Assembly (NCBI GenBank): GCA_964016885.1
Contig: OZ024746.1
Span: forward strand, 96,286,001-96,350,000
Origin: Eledone cirrhosa
Lineage: Eukaryota
Length of the DNA stretch: 64,000 nt
Direction of reading: 5' to 3'
Shown here piece by piece: positions 1 through 16,909 of the stretch. The first letter of the stretch is position 1. Each line of letters opens with the position of its first letter. A program made the position numbers and the translations under genes. The notes beneath the pieces are model-generated. The model saw only the letters and a program-made list of their open reading frames with translations, was not told the DNA's origin and made no database searches.

Positions 1-125
1 ACAGCGTGTTTAAGGACAGTGAACCAGTGCCCTCTGAGGGACGAGCTGCTAGAAAGGGCAGCCCAAAACCACTCAGAGAAGTATGCTCAACCAAACAGAG
101 AGGAAAGACTGTTATAAGGAGTGAA

Positions 126-507
126 ATATCACGATACATTAACGAAGCCATAGACTCTCGCCATTCCCTGTAAATAATGTGCTCAAAGGAGAGGAAATTC
201 TGTCATTCTGTCAACAACTTACTGGCGAAACAGATCTCTTTGGATTTGTACGTGTGTTATATAGTTATAGAGGTATTTATTTACGCTTTAATTTATACTT
301 TTAATTATCGTGTCTATAGTCTGCCTTTCATAGGTTATAGAGTCCATACACAGGTAGTTCTTTCCCTGTTTTATTGATAGCGCACTGTATCTCTTTCTAG
401 TGTGTTACCTTTTCAACATATTGTATTTTAAAGAGCTCAGGATTTCCTCTCCTTTGAGCACATTATTTACAGGGAATGGCAAGAGTCTAATGCTCCGTTA
501 ATTTATT

Positions 508-514
<7 letters not shown>
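126..514. repeat. Foldback element with ~75-bp inverted arms, abutting (TA)n
   Basis: 126-201 (atatcacgatacattaacg...tgtgctcaaaggagaggaaattctg) is the near reverse complement of 438-514 (caggatttcctctcctttgagcaca...tgtgatat). Confidence 0.75.
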
Positions 515-543
<29 letters not shown>

Positions 544-979
544 CACACACACACACATATTCACCTGATCTGGAAAACATTATATGTAACTACATGGTTT
601 ATATCCAAGTGTCTGCAAGTACATATTTCTAATACAAACACTTCTCAATATTGAAACATACATTCATATACAAACTATTCTACATACTTCTCTCTGAACA
701 TCCTCAAGGAGTCAGGAAACCCACACACTCACAAACCAACAAGGAGTAAACAACAAATAAAATAAAATATAGTCACACCAGAATGGCTACTCAACAAAAA
801 TCCAAACAAAACTGGTCTGAGAATGAAATAGATCTAATAAACTCATGGTACTGCCTTACCTAAACAGAAAACATAGGTGCTTCATGTGGATGAGATTGCT
901 AAGCAGACGGTTCAGCTTTTAAAAACCGGAACAGAACAGCAGATTCAAAACAAACTAAAACAAATTGAAGTTGCATTAA

Positions 980-1186
980 TTAACCGTTTACCATTTACAT
1001 TACTCTCTATTTACTATTATATTTTCACTTTATCTCATATAATATGGAATCTATGAGATTTTGATATTATTTATTTTGAGAACAATACCTTAACATCAGT
1101 ATGAGTGACCGGTTACGGCTGGTTTGAACAGAAAGAGGTGAGAGAATTCTTGTTGGATACAGCCGGTTTAAATGCTAAAGGGTTAA
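980..1186. mobile_element. TTAA-flanked MITE (piggyBac-like termini)
   Basis: Left end TTAA-CCGTTTACCATTTA, right end TAAATGCTAAAGGG-TTAA: imperfect TIRs with TTAA on both sides. Confidence 0.7.
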
Positions 1187-1615
1187 CAGACATTCTGATA
1201 AACTAAAATGTATTTTTTCTTCAAACACTTGAGCAGCACCCAACACTACCACCGCAAGAACAACAACTTCAATCACTCTTCAATTCAACCACAATGGAAA
1301 CCATCAACCTTTCAGATACCAGCTTCTCACAGCAAGAAACCGAAAAATCACTTCCTCTCACTGCCCCAATGCTTCAATCAAGCAATAACTCATCATCATC
1401 ATCATTGTCAACATCTCCTCTGCCTACTGCTACTATCAACCCCAAAACAACATCTTTCCTACTATCTCAAGGAATTTACCACACACAGGTCACACAGGTC
1501 ACCCTAACCTACACAAATTATCATCTATTCCTCTCCCAACACACACACCCCCTTGAAACCTCATCATTTGCTGCTATTCTTTACGTAGTACTGCCAGAGA
1601 CTGCAAATTGACTCA

Positions 1616-3440
1616 TTGACACGGGACAAAGCCCTTAATCTCTATAGACAACAGCAGCCGACACATATTCAACCAATAATTTCACCAAATGCTAAAACAC
1701 AGAATCCCAAAACATGCCGCTATTCACAGCGAGACAGATTATGTCTGCAGCGTGATTGTCCTTTTACCCATCTTCCGGGGACTCGTCGTACGAATAAAAA
1801 AAAAACCCTAACCAATACAACCCCCCCTCCCCATCTACAGTCACTTACAGTTCCCTAAAAAGGGGACCTCTTCTTCAGCTATAATGAATCTGACAAAAGA
1901 ACTACAAAAAAAAAACATTCTAGCCATCACCCAACACCACCCCACTGTACAAACTCCCATTGCTGCCATTAACAAACAAACCCCCAAAACAATTAAAATC
2001 AACCACCACTCTAGCCTCAACATTTTTGCTTAATGCTGAAGGCATCAGTCCTTCCACCAATACTAAAAAATGGAAGATCTAATTTCTTGAGGATTGGGTT
2101 GATGACCATCCTAACCACATCCCTTTCTTCATCCTCACCAAAACCCATCTTAATCCCCTCCAATTGGAAGCTGAGGTGAGAGTGAAGAATTTCAGAGCAG
2201 ATCAATCTGCACGGATAGCTTCGAAATTCAAAAATTCTGGCAGTCATTTGTAGACACTGTAACAAATATATGTACAAAACAAACCCCATTAAGATCTGCA
2301 AACAAATCTAAGTGCATAATCCCTAAAGATAGAAGAATACTTAGCAGAAAAATTAAAAGAATTATCAAAAAATCAACAAACTGAAATACTGCCAGCAGCA
2401 ACACACCCATTTGATGGCCATTACATAACTAGAATTGAAAAAACACAACCTCCAAAACAGCATGATGTCCATCATCAACAATCAAAGAGCAGCTGAAGAG
2501 GCCTGGGCCATTGAGAAAATCAAACTCAATCCCAAAGTGTTCATTTCATTTGCGAAAAAATACAAAGTCACTAGCTCCACTGATTGATGAAAATGGTACT
2601 CTCCAAGATAATGTTAAAACCATGGGTCAGATACTGCAGAAACAATACTGCTCTGTTTTCAGCAATCCTGATATGGGCTGTATCAGTGATGTTAATCCCC
2701 AACACACTATATCGGACATAACGTTTGGCGCCCCTGATGTCTTAACGGCAATAAAAGAAACTAAACACACTTCAGCAGTAGGCCCTGATAAGTACCCTGC
2801 TTGTGTCCTGAAGGTGTGTCGACACCAATTTGCATCTCCTCTTACTATTCTGTGGAGGAACTCCCTGAACGCTGGCTATATACCAGAAAACTTACTATCC
2901 CAGTCTGTTGTCCCAGTTTTCAAAATGGGAAACAAGTCCCTTGCCGTGAATTAGCGTCCGATCTCACTAACCTCATATCATTAAGGTATTTGAGAGGGTG
3001 GTCAGATCACGAATAACCCACTATCTTGAAAGCAACAATTTGCTGAACACCAACAAACATGGGTTCTGTAATGGAAGGGATTGCTTAACGCAGCTACTGC
3101 ATCACTTTGGTGATATTTTGAGAGATTTGGGAGAGGGCTCCTGCACTGATGTCATCTACCTTGATTTCAGCAAGGCCTTTAACATTACTGACATCAATGA
3201 AAGCAACAAGAATCTTTGCAGAATGATTACAAGCTCCAGAAGGTCATCAATGGAGTGGGCGACTGGACTTGCCTCCAATCACATCTACTGGCTGTTATCC
3301 AATGGGCAGAAAAGAACAATATGCTGCTGAACGAGGATAAATTTGAGTTAATCCACTTAGGAAAAGAGGATCCACTGAAACTCCCATACTCCCTTCCTTC
3401 GGGTGAAACTCTTGTTGCGTCCAACAACATTAGAGACTAA
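1616..3440 (+). pseudogene. Degraded CR1/L2-group LINE (possible ORF1 Cys/His finger plus ORF2 RT fragments)
   Basis: [76 protein letters not shown] spread over several frames; upstream CRYSQRDRLCLQRDCPFTH. Confidence 0.8.
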
Positions 3441-4705
<1,265 letters not shown>

Positions 4706-4708
<3 letters not shown>

Positions 4709-6940
4709 GGAATAAATGCTCTGAAATAGCGATATATATGTGAATATAGACATAGAATATTCGAAAATATTCTGTATGTTTACAATAAACATTTTGAAGA
4801 CCTAATCGCTATAGAATAGAATACGTCACGTATTACAATTAGATTCTCGATAAAAGCAAGGGAAGTAATCTACGCGTTTCATTCTCGTTAGAAATCATCA
4901 GGACTACATATCCAGTGCTTTTATCGAGAATGACACAGCTAGAGACTTATAGAATACTTAGCTGTGTACAGGAACTGGTTTGAAAGAGCGGTTGCCGGTC
5001 CGGCAGAAATTAGAAATAGGAATAAATGCTCTGAAATAGCGATATATATGTGAATATAGACATAGAATATTCGAAAATATTCTGTATGTTTACAATAAAC
5101 ATTTTGAAGACCTAATCGCTATAGAATAGAATACGTCACGTATTACAATTAGATTCTCGATAAAAGCAAGGGAAGTAATCTACGCGTTTCATTCTCGTTA
5201 GAAATCATCAGGACTACATATCCAGTGCTTTTATCGAGAATGACACAGCTAGAGACTTATAGAATACTTAGCTGTGTACAGGAACTGGTTTGAAAGAGCG
5301 GTTGCCGGTCCGGCAGAAATTAGAAATAGGAATAAATGCTCTGAAATAGCGATATATATGTGAATATAGACATAGAATATTCGAAAATATTCTGTATGTT
5401 TACAATAAACATTTTGAAGACCTAATCGCTATAGAATAGAATACGTCACGTATTACAATTAGATTCTCGATAAAAGCAAGGGAAGTAATCTACGCGTTTC
5501 ATTCTCGTTAGAAATCATCAGGACTACATATCCAGTGCTTTTATCGAGAATGACACAGCTAGAGACTTATAGAATACTTAGCTGTGTACAGGAACTGGTT
5601 TGAAAGAGCGGTTGCCGGTCCGGCAGAAATTAGAAATAGGAATAAATGCTCTGAAATAGCGATATATATGTGAATATAGACATAGAATATTCGAAAATAT
5701 TCTGTATGTTTACAATAAACATTTTGAAGACCTAATCGCTATAGAATAGAATACGTCACGTATTACAATTAGATTCTCGATAAAAGCAAGGGAAGTAATC
5801 TACGCGTTTCATTCTCGTTAGAAATCATCAGGACTACATATCCAGTGCTTTTATCGAGAATGACACAGCTAGAGACTTATAGAATACTTAGTTGTGTACA
5901 GGAACTGGTTTGAAAGAGCGGTTGCCGGTCCGGCAGAAATTAGAAATAGGAATAAATGCTCTGAAATAGCGATATATATGTGAATATAGACATAGAATAT
6001 TCGAAAATATTCTGTATGTTTACAATAAACATTTTGAAGACCTAATCGCTATAGAATAGAATACGTCACGTATTACAATTAGATTCTCGATAAAAGCAAG
6101 GGAAGTAATCTACGCGTTTCATTCTCGTTAGAAATCATCAGGACTACATATCCAGTGCTTTTATCGAGAATGACACAGCTAGAGACTTATAGAATACTTA
6201 GCTGTGTACAGGAACTGGTTTGAAAGAGCGGTTGCCGGTCCGGCAGAAATTAGAAATAGGAATAAATGCTCTGAAATAGCGATATATATGTGAATATAGA
6301 CATAGAATATTCGAAAATATTCTGTATGTTTACAATAAACATTTTGAAGACCTAATCGCTATAGAATAGAATACGTCACGTATTACAATTAGATTCTCGA
6401 TAAAAGCAAGGGAAGTAATCTACGCGTTTCATTCTCGTTAGAAATCATCAGGACTACATATCCAGTGCTTTTATCGAGAATGACACAGCTAGAGACTTAT
6501 AGAATACTTAGCTGTGTACAGGAACTGGTTTGAAAGAGCGGTTGCCGGTCCGGCAGAAATTAGAAATAGGAATAAATGCTCTGAAATAGCGATATATATG
6601 TGAATATAGACATAGAATATTCGAAAATATTCTGTATGTTTACAATAAACATTTTGAAGACCTAATCGCTATAGAATAGAATACGTCACGTATTACAATT
6701 AGATTCTCGATAAAAGCAAGGGAAGTAATCTACGCGTTTCATTCTCGTTAGAAATCATCAGGACTACATATCCAGTGCTTTTATCGAGAATGACACAGCT
6801 AGAGACTTATAGAATACTTAGCTGTGTACAGGAACTGGTTTGAAAGAGCGGTTGCCGGTCCGGCAGAAATTAGAAATAGGAATAAATGCTCTGAAATAGC
6901 GATATATATGTGAATATAGACATAGAATATTCGAAAATAT
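4706..6940 (-). mobile_element. 310-bp tandem array (~7.2 units), hammerhead-containing non-LTR retrozyme-like element
   Basis: aataaatgctctgaaatagc recurs at 4711, 5021, 5331 and onward (period 310); units are almost identical; each complete unit has a hammerhead on the minus strand. Confidence 0.88.
4843..4931 (-). ncRNA. Type I hammerhead ribozyme (first copy; cores at 4865-4907 +310n, 7 copies)
   Basis: Minus strand: GUAGUC CUGAUGA U UUCU AACG AGAA U GAAAC GC GUA/GAUUAC. Intact CUGAUGA and GAAA core, GUA site, stem I GUAGUC/GAUUAC extended by the 16-bp AUUCUCGAUAAAAGCA/UGCUUUUAUCGAGAAU helix. Confidence 0.9.
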
Positions 6941-6944
6941 AAAA

Positions 6945-7834
6945 TATTCACATATATATCGCTATTTCAGAGCATTTATTCCTATTTCTAATTTCTGCCG
7001 GACCGGCAACCGCTCTTTCAAACCAGTTCCTGTACACAGCTAAGTATTCTATAAGTCTCTAGCTGTGTCATTCTCGATAAAAGCACTGGATATGTAGTCC
7101 TGATGATTTCTAACGAGAATGAAACGCGTAGATTACTTCCCTTGCTTTTATCGAGAATCTAATTGTAATACGTGACGTATTCTATTCTATAGCGATTAGG
7201 TCTTCAAAATGTTTATTGTAAACATACAGAATATTTTCGAATATTCTATGTCTATATTCACATATATATCGCTATTTCAGAGCATTTATTCCTATTTCTA
7301 ATTTCTGCCGGACCGGCAACCGCTCTTTCAAACCAGTTCCTGTACACAGCTAAGTATTCTATAAGTCTCTAGCTGTGTCATTCTCGATAAAAGCACTGGA
7401 TATGTAGTCCTGATGATTTCTAACCAGAATGAAACGCGTAGATTACTTCCCTTGCTTTTATCGAGAATCTAATTGTAATACGTGACGTATTCTATTCTAT
7501 AGCGATTAGGTCTTCAAAATGTTTATTGTAAACATACAGAATATTTTCGAATATTCTATGTCTATATTCACATATATATCGCTATTTCAGAGCATTTATT
7601 CCTATTTCTAATTTCTGCCGGACCGACAACCGCTCTTTCAAACCAGTTCCTGTACACAGCTAAGTATTCTATAAGTCTCTAGCTGTGTCATTCTCGATAA
7701 AAGCACTGGATATGTAGTCCTGATGATTTCTAACGAGAATGAAACGCGTAGATTACTTCCCTTGCTTTTATCGAGAATCTAATTGTAATACGTGACGTAT
7801 TCTATTCTATAGCGATTAGGTCTTCAAAATGTTT
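6945..7834 (+). mobile_element. Inverted continuation of the 310-bp array (~2.9 units), truncated by the gap
   Basis: Reverse complement of the same unit; hammerhead cores at 7094-7136, 7404-7446, 7714-7756. Confidence 0.85.
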
Positions 7835-8034
7835 NNNNNNNNNNNNNNNNNNNNNNNNNNNNNNNNNNNNNNNNNNNNNNNNNNNNNNNNNNNNNNNNNN
7901 NNNNNNNNNNNNNNNNNNNNNNNNNNNNNNNNNNNNNNNNNNNNNNNNNNNNNNNNNNNNNNNNNNNNNNNNNNNNNNNNNNNNNNNNNNNNNNNNNNNN
8001 NNNNNNNNNNNNNNNNNNNNNNNNNNNNNNNNNN
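7835..8034. other. Assembly gap (200 N)
   Basis: Run of N. Confidence 1.
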
Positions 8035-12726
<4,692 letters not shown>

Positions 12727-12982
12727 GGAAGAGCACCCTCTCACTGTCTCAGTGACGTGAAAGGGTTTATCAACATACGTACAATTACATATATACATAC
12801 GAACACGAATACACGTGCATACATACGTGCACACACACACACATATAGATACACATATTTACAAATAACCCATACATACATATATGTGTGTATATCTATA
12901 AATATATACACACATACACACACATATACATACACATATTTACAAATAACCCATACATACATCTATGTGTGTATATCTATAA

Positions 12983-13013
<31 letters not shown>

Positions 13014-13444
13014 TATACACACCTACACATGCACATACATCACATACATATATAATAGAATATTAGTCTGACTCCATTTATACCATAAACGCGGTTCTGT
13101 CTTTGCATGTAATTGTTCTCATAGATCCACATAACGACGTATTATGTTTGCTTTTTTCCGTTCATTGCCAGGGAACGTCTTCACGAACCAAAGTATCGTC
13201 TTCCTGTTTTCCTTCAGTTGTAACGTTTTTCGAAATATTTACTTCTGCGTTCACAGATTGATTTTTTTTTAGATTCAGTGATTCTTTGCTTAAACTTTAA
13301 TCTGTTATTTTAATTAATATTTGCTCTACGGTTTTTATATATTTTTATATCTATATTATCCTTATCAAGCCCTCTTCGGATTTTAGTCTTCACATTAACT
13401 ATTATTACTATATATATATATATATATAATAGTATTAATATAAT

Positions 13445-13745
13445 TTGTATAACTGATATAAAGCACTCAACATATTAGTGGAGTAAATATACAATATATT
13501 AACAAATGGAACCTATATTTATAAAACCATATTTATTTTATTATACATATTTCAAGAGCCACCAAGGCAAATTATGGTGCGCTTTCATCAGATAAAATAC
13601 AATACAGATTAGTTTTATAAATAAATATTGACATACCCTGAAAAAAAGACAACCTTAACGGTTGGAGCTTCCTGGATACTATCCAGGAAGCTCCAACCGT
13701 TAAGGTTGTCTTTATATAGTTTCCATTTGTTAATATATTGTATAT
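13445..13745 (-). mobile_element. Penelope-like pseudo-LTR fragment with degenerate mini-hammerhead and foldback end
   Basis: Homologous to the reverse complement of ~16875-17065; minus strand CTGATGA AAG...CTT GAAA TATG at 13540-13603; perfect hairpin at 13645-13713. Confidence 0.6.
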
Positions 13746-13827
13746 ATATACATATATTTATATATATATATATATATATATACATATATTTATATATATA
13801 TATATAGATATAGATAGATAGATAATG

Positions 13828-14072
13828 TGAGTAATATTAAATATCCAATTACAAGTATGAGAATAGTACAATGTCAAATAACAAGTATATATATCGTTTA
13901 CTATATACGCCGATGAATCCGGCCTTGTGCTTTGATGAAACGATCGTTAGTGATTAAATGTTCTAAAACACTCTTTGATTGTTGTTTATAAAGTTTTTCG
14001 GCTCTGTAATATACTTGTTATTTTACATTGAGCTATTCTCATACTTGTAATTGGATAATATTTAATATTACC
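13828..14072 (+). mobile_element. Foldback element with ~60-bp inverted arms and central degenerate mini-hammerhead
   Basis: Arms ~13828-13890 and ~14010-14072; centre CCGATGA ATC...GAT GAAAC GATC GTT (13910-13948), palindromic ACGATCGT. Confidence 0.55.
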
Positions 14073-14073
14073 C

Positions 14074-14109
<36 letters not shown>

Positions 14110-14117
<8 letters not shown>

Positions 14118-14423
14118 TGTATATATATAGTGTTTTTGCAATACACTGTATGCTTAATTAAAAGCATTTCGAAGACCTTATGCTATTGTTTTAGAGTAGT
14201 GACAGACTCACTTATTTTAATTTTCAGCAAACAGGGGGAGATAAAGCCGACAAGGCCTTGTTTCGCATTTATTGATGCTTATCAAAGCCAACTACTGCCC
14301 CTGTTTGCTGAAATCATGGATGTTTGGTTCTTATAGAATTCTAGTAAATAATCAGGAACTGATTATACAGAGCGGTTGCCGGTCAAGCAGAAATTGAAAA
14401 TTAGAATTGGTGCTCTGAAATAG

Positions 14424-14430
<7 letters not shown>
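14110..14430 (-). mobile_element. Divergent retrozyme-like monomer related to the 310-bp unit, hammerhead core mutated
   Basis: Colinear blocks gaagacct, cttatagaat, caggaactg, agagcggttgccggtc..gcagaaatt, tgctctgaaatagc; minus strand GGCT TTGATAA GCAT caataa ATGC GAAAC AAGGCCTT GTC GGCT within 14222-14313. Confidence 0.8.
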
Positions 14431-14459
<29 letters not shown>

Positions 14460-14511
14460 CGTTTCTGAATTTGTTTAGCAAGATTCTTTATGTGAAAACG
14501 TGTGTTGAAAC

Positions 14512-14782
14512 CGATATTGTTATACTTTGGGAGGGTCATGTTGTCAATAAGAAACACACGCACCAGTTGCTTCCACTCCAATTTATTATAAAAGAATCCC
14601 CAGTCACTGAAGAAGTCACAGAATGTGTGACGAAAAAACTTTGACAATATATGAACAATCGTCTGCTTGTGGAACCAACCAACCGGAAATTTATTAATTT
14701 AATTTATAATAAATTGGAGTGAAAGCAACTGGTGCGTGTGTTTCTAATTGGCAACATGATCCTCTCAAAGTATAACAATATA
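14512..14782 (+). mobile_element. Foldback element with ~80-bp inverted arms and central mini-hammerhead (Penelope-like relic)
   Basis: Arms ~14512-14592 and ~14703-14782; centre GTCA CTGAAGA A GTCACA gaatg TGTGAC GAAA aaac TT TGAC (14603-14645). Confidence 0.7.
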
Positions 14783-14789
14783 TATATAT

Positions 14790-14940
14790 AGGAGAAAGTA
14801 TGACTCCGACGGCAGAGCTCAAGCCGTTTCGACGGCTATTTCTGGACTAAAACTCCAATTACCCACTCTACTACCCTAAGTATTGAGTACTCTGGTGCGT
14901 TACGGTCCATCTGGTTCCTCACCACACTTCCTTCGTTATA
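14790..14940. repeat. Short (TA)n-embedded repeat family, copy 1 (others at 57553-57692 and 58413-58608)
   Basis: Shared ccgacggcagagctcaagccgtttcgacggcta and attacccactctactaccctaagtattgagtac blocks. Confidence 0.8.
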
Positions 14941-14942
14941 TA

Positions 14943-14973
<31 letters not shown>

Positions 14974-14974
<1 letters not shown>

Positions 14975-15199
14975 CGATATTAAACAAATGGAAACTACAT
15001 TTATAAAACCATATTTATTTCATTATATATATTTCAGGGATATCATATTAAAAATATGGTATGCCTTCTTCAGACAAAATACAATATATAAACAGTTTTA
15101 TAAATAAATTTGACATACCTTAAAACTTTACAACTTCCATTTAAAAAAGTTGTTATGGTAGTGAAAATGTTAAGGACAGTTAGAAAGAAAGACGAAGAG
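14974..15199 (-). repeat. Inverted duplicate of 16797-17021 (Penelope-like terminal sequence)
   Basis: ~225-bp essentially exact reverse complement, including the CTGAAGA...GAAA motif. Confidence 0.85.
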
Positions 15200-16542
15200 A
15201 AAAAAGAAAGAAAGTGTATAGTGCTAAGGATAGTTAGAGAGGAAGGCGAAGAAAATGAAGAAATGTATGTAAAGAAAAAAACAACAGAGTGAGATAGAGA
15301 GAGAGAGAGATATGGGAGAGAGAAATATTGAGGAGGTGAAAAATGAATAACGTACAAATGAGAGATTTAGGAGGGAAGGGGGTACTGTAATTATTTATTT
15401 ATTTATTTATTTAGTTATAGTGTTAAGGATACGGAGAGAAATAAAAATAAAACTAAAAATAAATAAAGAGAGGTAGAAAGAGATATAGGTGGTGGGAGAA
15501 AAGAGGTAGATCGAGTAATATCTATTATACGAGGTGGGAGAGATAGGGGAGGGGTGAGATACAGGAGGTAGAGTTAAAACAGCCGATACATAAGTCACGT
15601 CAAGTGTAGAGGGAGGAGGAGAAGAGATATATTCGGAAATAAAGATGATAGTTTTAAAATATTATGTTTCATCAGTCTATCAATTCTTATGAATTAGGTA
15701 TTATAATGTAAATATCAATATTCATGAATGAAACACATATCAATAATGTGTGAAAAAATAATGACTATATGTTTAGTTTAAAAATTCTTAGGTTTATAAT
15801 CAAAATCTGAGATAAAACTTCAAAAAAATACTGAAATACATAAGTATATATGTATTTTCATGAAAAAAGAAAAAGAAAAAAGAAAAAAGAGAAAGAAAAA
15901 GAGAAGGTTATCTCAAATTCAAGTTGACATTATAGACACACATGTGAGTTTACCTGATCAGCTCTGTAAATTTTTATTTCACATGAAAATTTTCATTGCG
16001 TTACAAAAGATTCTACCATACATATATGTACATACATATATATATACATAAAATAATAATATTCTTGCCCTCTCCTACATGATTATCGTTCAAGCATAGA
16101 ATAGACAACAGACATCAATATTAGAAACGCCAAGAATATTTCACTCCCCAGAGTATCTAGGGCCGTAAGAAAACACAGTGTGCCGCGCATATCAATCACA
16201 GAAATCAACCCTTCCAATTTATTTGACAATATATTGCCAAGTTCATTAGAAGCAATCAGAATCAAAAGCAAACAAAACCAAAATTATTCAACAAAACTTA
16301 TTTAGCAGAAATCATTCAAAAAAAAACTTTAGGATACCCAGTTGTTCTACAGATGCTCTTATATTTATTATAGAAGTTTATCTAGCTTTAAAATTTGTAT
16401 TCAATAGATTGGGAGCATCACCATTTTAAGGTGGTTTAATTACATCATTAATTATATACTCATGAAGAAGGTTTAAAAATTGAAGGAATCGAAAGATTTA
16501 TCGTCAAGTTTCATAAATAATTAAAAATCTTAAGTAAATATA

Positions 16543-16810
16543 TTACATTTTAAATTTATATTTATATTTATATTTATATTTAAAAGTTGAGTTCAATCTA
16601 TGTCTGAAGCAACTGAATAAATTGGTCCGTAAATTAAGGGAATTTTTAGATTTTAGTATAAAGAATATCTCCTCCGCGCAGAGGTCACATGTCTCAGAAG
16701 AGGAATTAAAAGGAATCCCTCTTGAGACTATATTCCAAACCATCGAATATCCAACGTTATCATGTTTAAGTTGCCAGAGTAAGCCTGATAGTGATGTCTT
16801 CGTCTTTCTT
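16543..16810 (-). pseudogene. C-terminal GIY-YIG region of a Penelope-like element, Naiad-type
   Basis: KTSLSGLLWQLKHDNVGYSMVWNIVSRGIPFNSSSETCDLCAEEIFFILKSKNSLNLRTNLFSCFRH matches the T.LS..W.LK...W.I...CxLCxxE...LN.R...C.H pattern of that PLE group. Confidence 0.75.
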
Positions 16811-16909
16811 TCTAACTGTCCTTAACATTTTCACTACCATAACAACTTTTTTAAATGGAAGTTGTAAAGTTTTAAGGTATGTCAAATTTATTTATAAAAC
16901 TGTTTATAT

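Noticed and set aside
26-62. TGCCCTCTGAGGGA...GAAAGGGCA as a hammerhead
   Set aside because: No stem I and no valid CUGANGA or stem II.
1294-1611. Ser/Thr-rich 105-aa ORF as a host gene
   Set aside because: Low complexity, no recognisable domain, and probably decayed LINE ORF1 upstream of the CR1/L2 fragment.
4985-5035. Twister or hairpin ribozyme in GCCGGTCCGGCAGAA
   Set aside because: Required pseudoknots and helices could not be formed; kept only as an unexplained conserved block.
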